A stretch of 33,520 nucleotides of DNA from an uncultured Gemmatimonadales bacterium (GTDB taxonomy: Bacteria; Gemmatimonadota; Gemmatimonadetes; Gemmatimonadales; GWC2-71-9), in assembly GCA_963695555.1 (NCBI GenBank), contig CAVOGR010000013.1, positions 1-33,520 on the forward strand. Direction: 5' to 3'. The position numbers and the translations under genes are program-made. The stretch's first letter is position 1; the number at the start of each line of letters is the position of its first letter. The notes beneath the pieces are model-generated. The model was not told where the DNA came from and searched no databases. It saw only the letters and a program-made list of their open reading frames with translations. Below, piece by piece: positions 1-9,354 of this stretch.

Positions 1-357
1 TCATTTCTGTTCCCTCTACTTCAATGCTATCATCTGTCTCTTGTACAGTGATATCAGGATCTGCAGGGACAGAAGGTTTGCTTCCCCCAAAAAGTTTGCC
101 ATGCTTCCACGGAGTTGGTCAGTTTCTTGCTGCTTTTCCTTCCTTTTTTTCTTAGCCTCCGCATTTTCTTCGTTGCTTTTCTTCCTCCTTGTACGAGGAG
201 CCTTATCAACTGCTCCTGGAGTTCTTCCCATTGTGCACACAAAGAGCGTCGATGCCTCTTTGTGCCTGCCAACCGAAAACAAAGACGAAGGGGGCGGTCC
301 AACAAAAAAGGCGGGAAAAGCTTTGCCGGCTCAAAATGATGAGAACGAAACCATCAG
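1..357. other. Low-GC foreign segment fused to bamA (possible chimera or contaminant)
   Basis: About 47% GC by hand count over 1-360 versus 41/60 G+C in the next line. Long T/A runs. It replaces the expected 5' part of bamA. Confidence 0.7.
16..231 (-). CDS. Short Lys/Arg/Glu-rich hypothetical ORF in the foreign segment (MGRTPGAVDKAPRTRRKKSNEENAEAKKKRKEK...)
   Basis: ATG at 231, stop at 16-18. NLS-like basic N-terminus. No recognisable family. Confidence 0.25.
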   Translation of the reverse strand: MGRTPGAVDKAPRTRRKKSNEENAEAKKKRKEKQQETDQLRGSMANFLGEANLLSLQILISLYKRQMIALK

Positions 358-1905
358 ATGAGCACCGACGATCTCAGCGCCAAGTACCCATTTGGCGGGA
401 CGGAGGCCGTGGGCCTCCCGGGCGAGCCGCTTCCCGAAGCCGGCATGCCGTTCGACCGCTCCGCCTGGTTCGACGCGACCGAGGATGTGCGCTCCCTCTA
501 CGCCAACAACGGGTACATCTACGCGACGGTGGTGCCCGAGCAGAACCGGCGCACGGCGGCCGATGGCAGCCAGGTGGTCGATTTGCGCTGGGTCATCCGT
601 GAAGGGTCGCCCGCCACGGTCAGCAAGATCAATATTGTCGGCAACGATGTGACGCATGAGCGGGTCATCCGGGAGGCCATTCTGCTCGCGCCCGGCTCGC
701 TGTTCAGCCGAGACCTCCTGATTCGCTCCTACCAACAGATAGCGAGCCTCGGGTTCTTCCAGGAACCGCTGCCACCGCCCGACGTGCAGCAGGCAGCCAA
801 CGGACAGGACGTCGACGTCACCTTCACGATCCGGGAGCGTCGCACGGGCAACATCAACTTCGGCGCCTCGGTGGGGCAGGGTACCGGGGTCGGCGGGTTT
901 CTTGGGCTGGAAGAACCCAACCTGTTCGGGCGTGGCAAGCGGGGCCGGCTCCAGTGGCAGTTCGGCCGCAATATCAACGACTTCACGTTGAGCTACACCG
1001 ATCCGGCCATCAAGGAGAGCCGGATCTCGGGCACCATTTCCTTGTTCAATTCCCGCCAACGCTTCACCATCGAAGACCTCGGCCGGCGCCGCCAAGTTGG
1101 CGGCAGCATCAGGCTCGGGTTCCCGTTCTTCGGGTCGCGCTTCACCCGCGTCTTTGGCTCCTACGGCATCCAGCTCATCAAGTTTACCGAAGGGTCGGAA
1201 GACCTGCGGAGTCGGTTCCGCTGCACCAACTGCACCCGCTCGACACTCGGCGGCACCATCCTGCGCGACACCCGGATCGGGTTGCCGTTCGCCAGCGCCG
1301 GCGCGCTGGTCAACACCAGCCTGGAAGTGAATGGTGGGTTCCTCGGTGGCACCGGGTCGTATCGGAAGATCGATCTCGAGGGCCGCTGGTATGCGCCGCT
1401 CGGCCGGTTGGGTGGGGGCGAGGGCGACTTCACCGGCGGTATTCGTTTCGTGCTCGGGCTCACCGCCAAGTCGGGCTTCATCTTCGGCGACGCCGGGCCG
1501 TTCTTCACCGAGTTGTACTCCATGGGCGGCACCCAATTCGGAGTTCCGCTGCGTGGCTACGAAGAATTCGCGATTACTCCTGACGGTTTCAATCCGCTGG
1601 CCGGCGGCAACAACGCCCCTCCGGATGCCTTCGGCAAGACCTATGCTGCGTTCACGCTCGAATTGGGCGCACGCATCAGCCAGGCGCTCTACGTGAGCAG
1701 CTTTCTCGATGCGGGCAATGTGTATCGAGAGCCAGAGCAGTATGATCCAACCCGCCTCTTTCGCGGTGCAGGCTTCGGGGTCGCGCTCGTGTCCCCGTTG
1801 GGCCCGATCGGCATCGATCTGGGCTATGGCTTCGATCGGAAGGATGCGAATGGCAACTCGGATCCCGGATGGAAGCTCCATTTCAAATTGGGCAATTTCT
1901 TCTAA
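358..1905 (+). CDS. bamA: Outer membrane protein assembly factor BamA, 5'-truncated (last POTRA domains plus beta-barrel)
   Basis: POTRA motifs (LYANNGY; I.GND.T.ERVIRE; LGFF), TGNINFGAS, NLFGRG, LRGY loop-6 motif, SPLGPI.IDLGYG, C-terminal F. No signal peptide or early POTRAs. Lies upstream of skp-lpxD. Confidence 0.93.
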   Translation: MSTDDLSAKYPFGGTEAVGLPGEPLPEAGMPFDRSAWFDATEDVRSLYANNGYIYATVVPEQNRRTAADGSQVVDLRWVIREGSPATVSKINIVGNDVTHERVIREAILLAPGSLFSRDLLIRSYQQIASLGFFQEPLPPPDVQQAANGQDVDVTFTIRERRTGNINFGASVGQGTGVGGFLGLEEPNLFGRGKRGRLQWQFGRNINDFTLSYTDPAIKESRISGTISLFNSRQRFTIEDLGRRRQVGGSIRLGFPFFGSRFTRVFGSYGIQLIKFTEGSEDLRSRFRCTNCTRSTLGGTILRDTRIGLPFASAGALVNTSLEVNGGFLGGTGSYRKIDLEGRWYAPLGRLGGGEGDFTGGIRFVLGLTAKSGFIFGDAGPFFTELYSMGGTQFGVPLRGYEEFAITPDGFNPLAGGNNAPPDAFGKTYAAFTLELGARISQALYVSSFLDAGNVYREPEQYDPTRLFRGAGFGVALVSPLGPIGIDLGYGFDRKDANGNSDPGWKLHFKLGNFF

Positions 1906-1938
1906 CCTCGCGGTCGATACATCACGGTACAGGAGCAC

Positions 1939-2493
1939 ATGATGCAGAACCTCAGAGTCAGACTCTTCTTCGCGGCCATCGTCTTCGGCCTCGGTCTTGG
2001 CATGACCACGCCCGGCGCTGCACAGCAGCCGGCGGGGCCCATAAAGATCGCGTATGTGAATGCACGCCTCGTTCTCCAATCGACCCCCGGGTACGCCCAA
2101 GCGGAGTCGATCTTCACACGCGAGCTGCAAAGCTACCGGAACGAGATTCAGCGCCTCCAATCCAGCCTCGATTCAGCCGCGCGGGACTTCGAGCAGCAGT
2201 CTGTCGTGCTGAGCCCGACGGCACGCGATACCAAGCGGCAGGAACTGGTGCAACAGCAGCAGACGCTCGAACAGCGAACCCGCGACCTGCAACAGCGGGC
2301 CGACTCGCGGCAGCGTGAGCTGCTCGACCCGATCGAGCAGCGGGTCAACACCGTGATCGATGGCGTGCGGGCCTCGGGCAATTACGCCATCATCTTCGAT
2401 GTGAGCGCCGACGGAGGAGGCATCGTGTCCGCCGATCGATCGCTCGACTTAACCGAGCGCATCATCCAGCAGTTGAAAGAGAGTGGTAGTTGA
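1939..2493 (+). CDS. skp: OmpH/Skp periplasmic chaperone
   Basis: Signal peptide, KIAYVN motif, coiled-coil body, Y..IFD...DLT end. AGGAG RBS at 1931-1935. Located between bamA and lpxD. Confidence 0.92.
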   Translation: MMQNLRVRLFFAAIVFGLGLGMTTPGAAQQPAGPIKIAYVNARLVLQSTPGYAQAESIFTRELQSYRNEIQRLQSSLDSAARDFEQQSVVLSPTARDTKRQELVQQQQTLEQRTRDLQQRADSRQRELLDPIEQRVNTVIDGVRASGNYAIIFDVSADGGGIVSADRSLDLTERIIQQLKESGS

Positions 2494-3532
2494 GGACGTG
2501 CCGCCTCCCGTCCTAACAGCGCAGGCGGTCGCCGACATGGTCGGTGGCCGCCTGCTTGGCGAAGGGGAAACCACGCTCCGGCGGGTCGGATCCCTCGACC
2601 GCGCCGGAGAGGAAACCTTGACCTTTCTCGCCTCGCCGAAGCACCTGCCCGAATTCCGGTCCAGTCAGGCTGCAGCGGTGCTCCTCACTGCCGACCTCGC
2701 GAAGGAGCCGCTGGGCCCGCGTACCCGCATCGTCGTCGACGATCCACAACGGGCTATGCGGGAGGCGGTGCTGGCCATGATGCCCGAGCCGGAGCCGCCA
2801 ACCGGTGTTCATCCAACTGCCTCCATCGGGCGCGGTACCACCATGGGAGCCGGCACCACGGTGGGGCCCCATGCGGTATTGGGGCCCAACGTACGACTCG
2901 GCCAGCGGTGCCGGTTGGGGGTCGGCGTGGTGGTGGAAGAAGGCGTCACCATCGGCGACGATGCGGTGCTCGACCACAATGTCGTCTGCTACCGGGGCAC
3001 CACCATCGGGAGCCGTGTGTGGGTCAAGGCCGGCAGCGTGCTCGGCGGGACCGGGTTCGGGTTTGCCCCTTCCACCGAGGGCCACCTACGCATTCCACAC
3101 GTGGGCCGCTGTATCATCGAGGACGAGGTGGAAATCGGTTCTAACTGCTGCGTCGATCGCGGCACCATCGACGACACGGTCGTGGGACGGGGCACGAAGC
3201 TGGATAATCTCATCCACGTGGCGCACAACGTCCGCATAGGCGAGCGCTGTCTTCTGATGGGCGGGGTGGGGCTGGGCGGCTCGGTCACGATCGGCGACGA
3301 GGCCATTCTGGCGGGTCAGGTTGGGGTCGCGGATCACGTGGTCATCGGCTCGAGCGCCCGCGTCGCGGCACAGAGCGGGGTCATGGGCGAGGTGCCGCCG
3401 AAGGCCACGTTCGGCGGCACGCCGGCGCGGTCCCACCGGCTGTGGCTGCGTGGCCAGGTGGCGTTGGATCGCCTGGCCTCTATCGCGGGCGCACTCGAGG
3501 CACTGGTGGCGGAACGGAAGCGCCGTGGGTAG
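2483..3532 (+). CDS. lpxD: UDP-3-O-acyl-glucosamine N-acyltransferase
   Basis: Hexapeptide repeats, GFGF, IEDEVEIGSNCCVDRG, TKLDNLIHVAHNV. Confidence 0.95.
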   Translation: MVVEDVPPPVLTAQAVADMVGGRLLGEGETTLRRVGSLDRAGEETLTFLASPKHLPEFRSSQAAAVLLTADLAKEPLGPRTRIVVDDPQRAMREAVLAMMPEPEPPTGVHPTASIGRGTTMGAGTTVGPHAVLGPNVRLGQRCRLGVGVVVEEGVTIGDDAVLDHNVVCYRGTTIGSRVWVKAGSVLGGTGFGFAPSTEGHLRIPHVGRCIIEDEVEIGSNCCVDRGTIDDTVVGRGTKLDNLIHVAHNVRIGERCLLMGGVGLGGSVTIGDEAILAGQVGVADHVVIGSSARVAAQSGVMGEVPPKATFGGTPARSHRLWLRGQVALDRLASIAGALEALVAERKRRG

Positions 3533-4796
3533 ACGCACCATACGCGAGACCGTCTCCATCAGTGGCATCGGGCTCCACACCGGGTGCCGGGCCACCGTCA
3601 CCTGCCGTCCGGCCGAGCCGGGGCATGGGATCGTCTTCCGGCGGGTCGACTTGCCGGGCATGCCGACCGTTTCCGCCCGGCTTTCGGAAGTGAGCGTCAC
3701 GGAGCGCCGAACCGGGCTCGGGACCGGCGAAGCCGCCATCTCGACGGTGGAACATCTGCTGGCGGCGGTCGGGGCCCTCCAGCTCGATGATCTTCTGATC
3801 GACATCGACGCTCCCGAGCCCCCGATTCTCGATGGCTCTTTCGAGCCCTACCGCGACCTTCTCACCGGGGCCCACCCTGAGGACCACGGCGGCGAGGCCG
3901 TGGTCTACCGGGTCACCCAGCCGTTTCAGGTGACTGACGCCGATGCGACGTACGTCGTCTCACCGGCGGACACGCTTCGCCTCACCACCATCATCGAGTG
4001 GGATCACCCGTTGATCGGGCGCCAGGTAGGCTCCTACGACATCACCGCAGAGGCCTTTGCTGCGGAGCTGGCACCGGCGCGGACCTTCGGGTTCGTGGGA
4101 GAGGTCGATGCGTTACGTGCCAAGGGATTGATCAAGGGCGCCTCAATAGAAAACGCGATCGTGCTCACGGACGATGGGGTCGAGGGGACGACGCTCCGCT
4201 GGCCCGACGAATTCGTGCGGCACAAGGCCGGCGACATCGTGGGCGACCTCGCCCTGCTCGGCGGCCGTCTCAACGCCCATATCATGGCTACCAAGCCCAA
4301 TCATCATGGAAACATCGCCTTGGCGCGGGCCATTACCCGTACGGGACAACGAACCGGTGGGGTCGCTATGAACATTGCACAAATCCTCGATGTGATCCCG
4401 CATCGCTACCCCCTGCTCCTCGTCGACCGGATTCTCGAGATCGAGGGAGCCAAGCGGGCCGTCGGTATTAAGAACGTCACCATCAACGAGCCGTTCTTCC
4501 AGGGTCATTTCCCGGGCCACCCGATCATGCCCGGAGTCCTCATCATCGAGGCCATGGCACAGGTCGGCGGCATGCTCCTGCTCGAGGCGATGGGAGACCC
4601 CGAAGAGAAGGTGGTCTACTTCATGTCGCTGGATAACGTCAAGTTCCGCCGCCCCGTGGTGCCCGGCGACCAGCTGCGTTGCGAACTCGAGATGCTGCAA
4701 TTCCGTGGCAAGACCTGTCGTCTCCGCGGGGTGGCATATGTGGACGGGGCAGTGGCGGCCGAGGCGGAAATGATGGCGCGCATCGTGGACCGATGA
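3525..4796 (+). CDS. lpxC-fabZ: Bifunctional LpxC deacetylase / FabZ dehydratase fusion
   Basis: GTG start at 3525 overlapping the lpxD end. LpxC motifs GIGLHTG, STVEHLLAA, DEFVRHK.GD..GDL. FabZ motifs IPHRYPLLLVDRI, FFQGHFPGHPIMPGVLIIEAMAQ. Confidence 0.95.
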   Translation: MGRRTIRETVSISGIGLHTGCRATVTCRPAEPGHGIVFRRVDLPGMPTVSARLSEVSVTERRTGLGTGEAAISTVEHLLAAVGALQLDDLLIDIDAPEPPILDGSFEPYRDLLTGAHPEDHGGEAVVYRVTQPFQVTDADATYVVSPADTLRLTTIIEWDHPLIGRQVGSYDITAEAFAAELAPARTFGFVGEVDALRAKGLIKGASIENAIVLTDDGVEGTTLRWPDEFVRHKAGDIVGDLALLGGRLNAHIMATKPNHHGNIALARAITRTGQRTGGVAMNIAQILDVIPHRYPLLLVDRILEIEGAKRAVGIKNVTINEPFFQGHFPGHPIMPGVLIIEAMAQVGGMLLLEAMGDPEEKVVYFMSLDNVKFRRPVVPGDQLRCELEMLQFRGKTCRLRGVAYVDGAVAAEAEMMARIVDR

Positions 4797-5569
4797 CCAC
4801 GGCTATCCACCCCAGCGCCATCGTCGATTCGACGGCGGAGCTTGGCAAAGGGGTTACCCTGGGTCCGTTCTCCATCGTCGGGCCGAACGTGACCGTCGGC
4901 GACGGATGCTGGATCGGCCCGCATGCCTCGCTCGAGCGCAATAGCCGGCTCGGGCCGGGCGTGCGGATCGGCCACGGCACGATCGTGGGTGGAGATCCAC
5001 AGGATCTCAAATACGGCGGCGAAGAGACCTGGGTCGAGATCGGCGGCGGGACGGTGATCCGCGAGTATGCCACGATCAATCGCGGCACCACGGCCACGGG
5101 AAGCACCACGGTCGGCCGGGATTGTTTCCTGATGAGCTACGTTCACGTCGCGCATGACTGCCACCTCGGGGATAGTGTGATCATCGCCAACGGCACCCAG
5201 ATGGCAGGGCACGTCACCATCCGCGACCACGCCACGTTGAGCGGCTTGATCGGCATCCACCAGTTCGTCACGATCGGGGAATACTCCTTTGTGGGCGCTG
5301 CCACGCGGCTGACGCAGGACATCCCCCCGTTTGTGAAGGCCGTCGGCAGTCCGATGGAGCTCTACGGTCTCAACACGATCGGCCTCCAGCGGGCCGGCTT
5401 CGCGCCGGACACCATTGCGGCCCTCAAGAAGGCCTACCGACTGTTCTTCAATTCGAATCTCAACCTGACCCAGGCCATCGAACGGGCGAAGCTGGAGCTT
5501 CCGATGTACCCGGAGGTCGAACGCTTCATCGCATTCGTCGAGACCACCAAACGAGGGGTCCCGGCATGA
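4793..5569 (+). CDS. lpxA: Acyl-ACP--UDP-N-acetylglucosamine O-acyltransferase
   Basis: ATGA overlap at 4793. IHPSAIV, PQDLKY.GE, IREYATINRGT, HVAHDC, IHQF, GLN.IGL.R motifs. Confidence 0.95.
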   Translation: MTTAIHPSAIVDSTAELGKGVTLGPFSIVGPNVTVGDGCWIGPHASLERNSRLGPGVRIGHGTIVGGDPQDLKYGGEETWVEIGGGTVIREYATINRGTTATGSTTVGRDCFLMSYVHVAHDCHLGDSVIIANGTQMAGHVTIRDHATLSGLIGIHQFVTIGEYSFVGAATRLTQDIPPFVKAVGSPMELYGLNTIGLQRAGFAPDTIAALKKAYRLFFNSNLNLTQAIERAKLELPMYPEVERFIAFVETTKRGVPA

Positions 5570-6546
5570 ACGCGCCGCTTCCGATCGGCGTGGTCGGAGT
5601 TGGGGCGTTGGGCCGACATCATGCCCGACACTTGGCCAGCCTCGAGGACGCCCGTCTGGTCGGTGTCTACGATGTCGATGCCGCGGCCGCGCGCCGCGTG
5701 GCCGACGAGGTCGGCACGGTTGCCGCCCCGAGCCTCGAGGCGCTGCTTGCAGGCGTTGAGGCCGTGTCCATCGCCGTTCCCACCACCGACCACGCAACAG
5801 TGGGCCTCGAGGTACTCCGCAGGGAAATCCCGGTCTTCATTGAGAAACCGCTGGCAGCGACACTCGAAGAGGCCGACGCCTTGGTGAGCGCCGCCGACCG
5901 CGTGGGGGTCCAGCTCCAAGTCGGTCACATCGAGCGGTTCAATCGCGCTATTCGCGCCGCCACTCCCTATCTCGATGGGCCGCTTTATCTGGAAAGCCAG
6001 CGGGTTGCCCCGTTTCAACCACGTGGCACCGATGTGGCCGTGGTGCTGGATCTCATGATCCACGACCTGGACTTGATCCTCCACCTGACTGGTGGCGTCG
6101 AGACACTTGACGTGCATGCCAGCGGTATCGCGGTCCTGTCCCGTCATCTCGACATCGTGAATGCCCGAGTGGCGTTCGCCAATGGCGCCGTAGCCAATGC
6201 AACGGCATCGCGGCTCGCCCGCGAGCGGGTCCGCCGGCTCCGGCTGTTTCAGCCTTCCGGGTACCTCTCGCTCGATCTCGCCCAAGGCACCGGCGCCTTC
6301 ATGCGCCTCAGGCCCAACTGGCGTCCGGGTACCGCCACCAAGCTCGAAGACGTGGTCGAGCAGATTCCCCTCGAGGCTCCCGACGCCGACGCCCTCCGCC
6401 TCGAGTTGCAAAGCTTCGTTCATGCGGTGCGCGGCGACCACGAAACAGTGGTGACCGGACACCAAGGTCGGCAGGCCCTGGCACTGGCCATTCAGGTCTC
6501 GGACGCGGTCGAGCGATCTCCCGTGGAGCGTTTCTCGGCCACATGA
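5566..6546 (+). CDS. Gfo/Idh/MocA family NAD-dependent oxidoreductase (GnnA-like)
   Basis: GVGALG Rossmann motif, IEKP, VGHIERFN, DVAVVLDLMIHDLD. Translationally coupled between lpxA and lpxB. Confidence 0.85.
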   Translation: MNAPLPIGVVGVGALGRHHARHLASLEDARLVGVYDVDAAAARRVADEVGTVAAPSLEALLAGVEAVSIAVPTTDHATVGLEVLRREIPVFIEKPLAATLEEADALVSAADRVGVQLQVGHIERFNRAIRAATPYLDGPLYLESQRVAPFQPRGTDVAVVLDLMIHDLDLILHLTGGVETLDVHASGIAVLSRHLDIVNARVAFANGAVANATASRLARERVRRLRLFQPSGYLSLDLAQGTGAFMRLRPNWRPGTATKLEDVVEQIPLEAPDADALRLELQSFVHAVRGDHETVVTGHQGRQALALAIQVSDAVERSPVERFSAT

Positions 6547-7667
6547 CACCCGCGGCACCGGCACGCATCTTCATCTCCGCTGGCGAGCCGTCGGGCGATC
6601 TTCATGGCGCCAACGTCGTCCGCGCCATCCTGCGACGCCGGCCGGATGCCCACATCGACGCCATCGGCGGCCCCCGAATGGCCAAGGCCGGGGCGGCTAT
6701 CCGTTATCCGATCGAGGGCCTCGGTGCGCTTGGGATAGCCGAAGTGGTTTCCCAGATTCCCGCCCACTACCGGCTCCTCGGAGCCCTCCGGCGCGACTTC
6801 GATGCGGCCCCCTACGACCTCGTCATCCCCATCGACTACCCCGGGTTCAATCTGCGAGTGGCCCAGGCTGCGACACGGCGCGGCATGAAGGTCCTGTACT
6901 ACATCCCGCCGGCCCTGTGGGCATGGTGGACCGGCCGTGCCAAGCGCTTCGCCAAGGCGGTCGATCGGTTCGCGGTCATTCTCCCATTCGAGCAACTGTT
7001 CTTCGAGCGGCTGGGCATCGAGGCAACGTACGTCGGGCACCCGTTGCTCGATCGTGAACCTATCCCTCTGCCGGCAGAGGTCCGCGACGCCCTCGGCATC
7101 GACCGCAGCGCGCGTGTGTTGGGTATCTTTCCGGGCAGCCGGCCCCAGGAAGTGAGGCGTCACTGGGAAGTATTTCGCGACGCGGCCCTGCACCTGCTCC
7201 AAGCCGGGAAGTGCGAACGGGTGCTGGTGGCGGGCACGGCTGGGGAGTCCTACCCCGAGCCCGGTGTGCTCGAGATTGTCCTCGACGCTCCAGAACGAAT
7301 CCTCAAGGCGTCCGATGCCGTGATCGCCAAGTCGGGAACGACCACCCTCGAGGCCGCGCTTGCCAACACCCCCATGGTCGTGGCCTATCGGACCCACCCG
7401 ATCACGTTCATCATCGGCAAGCGGCTCGCCAAGGTGCGGTGGCTCAGTCTGGTGAACCTGGTGGCCAACCGGCAGATCGTTCCGGAGTTGGTGCAGCACG
7501 ACGTGACCGTCGCGAACCTGATCGACGCGGCAGGCCCTCTGCTCGATCCAGAGAGCCCAGAGCGGCGCACCCAGCTGGAGGGCCTCTGCTCCGTGAGAGA
7601 CCGTCTTGGCGCCCCGGGCGCCTCCGACCGCGTGGCGGAGCTGGTGGATGAACTCCTCAGCGCATGA
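6543..7667 (+). CDS. lpxB: Lipid-A-disaccharide synthase
   Basis: AGEPSGDLHG, IDYPGFN, ILPFE, YVGHPL, FPGSRPQE, KSGTTTLE, VPELVQ motifs. Confidence 0.95.
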   Translation: MTPAAPARIFISAGEPSGDLHGANVVRAILRRRPDAHIDAIGGPRMAKAGAAIRYPIEGLGALGIAEVVSQIPAHYRLLGALRRDFDAAPYDLVIPIDYPGFNLRVAQAATRRGMKVLYYIPPALWAWWTGRAKRFAKAVDRFAVILPFEQLFFERLGIEATYVGHPLLDREPIPLPAEVRDALGIDRSARVLGIFPGSRPQEVRRHWEVFRDAALHLLQAGKCERVLVAGTAGESYPEPGVLEIVLDAPERILKASDAVIAKSGTTTLEAALANTPMVVAYRTHPITFIIGKRLAKVRWLSLVNLVANRQIVPELVQHDVTVANLIDAAGPLLDPESPERRTQLEGLCSVRDRLGAPGASDRVAELVDELLSA

Positions 7668-8326
7668 AGATCCGCGTCCCACCCAGCCTCATCCGGATTG
7701 CGGCAGGTCCGCTGATCTGGGCGCTTGCCCGGACCTGGCGGCTGGAACGGCAGGACGACGACCGCTGGCTGCCGTTCTACCAAGCGCGCGAGCCTCATCT
7801 CTTCATGTGCTGGCACGAGTGCCTGCTGCCGCTCTTGTGGTGCCATCGGCGCCAATCCATCGCCATCGTCGTGAGCGAAGCGCGCGACGGGCAGCACCTG
7901 GCCGACTTCGCCCGCCGCATCGGCTACCGGCTGGTGCGCGGCTCCAGCACCCGTGGCGCAACCCGCGCGTTGATGGGCGCCGTCCGCGAACTCGAGGCAG
8001 GCGGTGCGGTGGCCTTTACGCCGGACGGACCGCGTGGCCCGCGGCGAGAACTCAAGCCGGGGGTGGTGGCCGCAGCGCAGCGGGGAGGGGGAGTCATTGT
8101 CCCGATCCACGCCGCGGCCGACCGAGCCTGGCGGTTCAGATCGTGGGATCGTTTCATGGTCCCCAAGCCATTCGCGAGAATTCGGGTGGCCTACGGTGTA
8201 CCATTCACGGTGGCAGACGGGAAGGCAGGGCTGGCGGAGGGGTGTCGAGCGGCCAGGGCCGCGCTTGACCAGCTGACGAGGACCGCGCCATGGCAGGACG
8301 CAAGCGACGAGACACCCACCGGCTGA
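7664..8326 (+). CDS. DUF374 / lysophospholipid acyltransferase family protein (LpxJ-like)
   Basis: WH, VS..RDG, RGSSTRG, TPDGPRGP, SWDRF.VPKPF motifs typical of DUF374. Located in the lipid A operon. Confidence 0.85.
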   Translation: MKIRVPPSLIRIAAGPLIWALARTWRLERQDDDRWLPFYQAREPHLFMCWHECLLPLLWCHRRQSIAIVVSEARDGQHLADFARRIGYRLVRGSSTRGATRALMGAVRELEAGGAVAFTPDGPRGPRRELKPGVVAAAQRGGGVIVPIHAAADRAWRFRSWDRFMVPKPFARIRVAYGVPFTVADGKAGLAEGCRAARAALDQLTRTAPWQDASDETPTG

Positions 8327-9336
8327 TCCGGTGGCTCTGGACCAGTCGGCGGTTCGACGCACGGCTGACGCGCCTGGCGTTGCTTCCGGCGTCGGGGCTC
8401 TGGCGAGGGGTCATGGAACTCCGGGCGCTGGCCTATCGCCGGGGGTGGACCAACGTCAAAGATCTTCCGCTGCCGACGGTCGCGGTTGGGAATCTGTCCG
8501 TGGGAGGTTCCGGCAAGACCCCAATCGCCATGTGGATCGCGGGGTACTATCAATCGAAGGGATTGGTACCCGGCATTCTGCTCAGGGGGTACGGCGACGA
8601 CGAGACCCAGGTGCACCAGCGCCATCTGCCCGACGCCAAGGTAGTAGCCGATCCCGATCGCGCTCGGGGCGCCGAACGGGCGCTGGCCCAGGGGGCCAAC
8701 GTCCTGGTGTTGGACGACGCGTTCCAGCGCCTCGACGTACATCGCGACCTCAACATCGCCGTGGTGAGCGCAGAGACGCAGCGGGCGGTCCGGTGGCCGC
8801 TGCCCGCCGGTCCGTGGCGGGAAACGCGGCATGCCCTCGCGCGCGCCGATTTCGTCGTCATCACCCGGAAGCGGGCGACAGCCGAGGCCGCGTTCGGTTT
8901 GGCCAAGGAGTTGCACGGCACGTTTGACGCACCGCTGGCGGTGGTCCATCTCAGTGTGCGCCGCCTGGAAGGCCTCATGACAGGCGAGCGTCGCCCCGCG
9001 AGCGGACTCGCGGGCAAGCGGGTCGTGGCGGCGGCGGCGATCGCCGATCCCGGATCGTTCGTGGCCCAGACCAAGGCCACGGGCGCGCAGGTCCAGCTTG
9101 CAACATGGAAAGACCACCACCGCTTCGGCCCCGAGGACGTCGCCTGGCTGGTGCACGCGGCGCGGCGGGCGGACCACGTGGTCATCACCGAGAAGGACGC
9201 GGTCAAACTCCGGCCGATGTGGCCGGCCGACGCGCCGGAACCCCTGGTGGCGCTGCTGGACCTGGAATGGGAACATGGCGCGGATGATCTTTCCTCCGCA
9301 TTGGATGCCGTTGTGACACCGGTCGAACGGCTTTAA
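8290..9336 (+). CDS. lpxK: Tetraacyldisaccharide 4'-kinase
   Basis: VGNLSVGGSGKTP, RGYG, LDDAFQ, LPAGPWRE, DHH.F, TEKDAVK. Confidence 0.93.
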   Translation: MAGRKRRDTHRLIRWLWTSRRFDARLTRLALLPASGLWRGVMELRALAYRRGWTNVKDLPLPTVAVGNLSVGGSGKTPIAMWIAGYYQSKGLVPGILLRGYGDDETQVHQRHLPDAKVVADPDRARGAERALAQGANVLVLDDAFQRLDVHRDLNIAVVSAETQRAVRWPLPAGPWRETRHALARADFVVITRKRATAEAAFGLAKELHGTFDAPLAVVHLSVRRLEGLMTGERRPASGLAGKRVVAAAAIADPGSFVAQTKATGAQVQLATWKDHHRFGPEDVAWLVHAARRADHVVITEKDAVKLRPMWPADAPEPLVALLDLEWEHGADDLSSALDAVVTPVERL

Positions 9337-9354
9337 CACTTTACCGAGGCCACC

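Noticed and set aside
34..52. CTGTCTCTTGTACAGTGAT resembles the Tn5/Nextera mosaic end CTGTCTCTTATACACATCT
   Set aside because: Only 14 of 19 bases match and it is internal to the low-GC segment. An adapter remnant should be near-exact, so chance cannot be excluded.
3525..4796. LpxC-FabZ fusion as a novelty
   Set aside because: This fusion is well known in Bacteroidota and related phyla.
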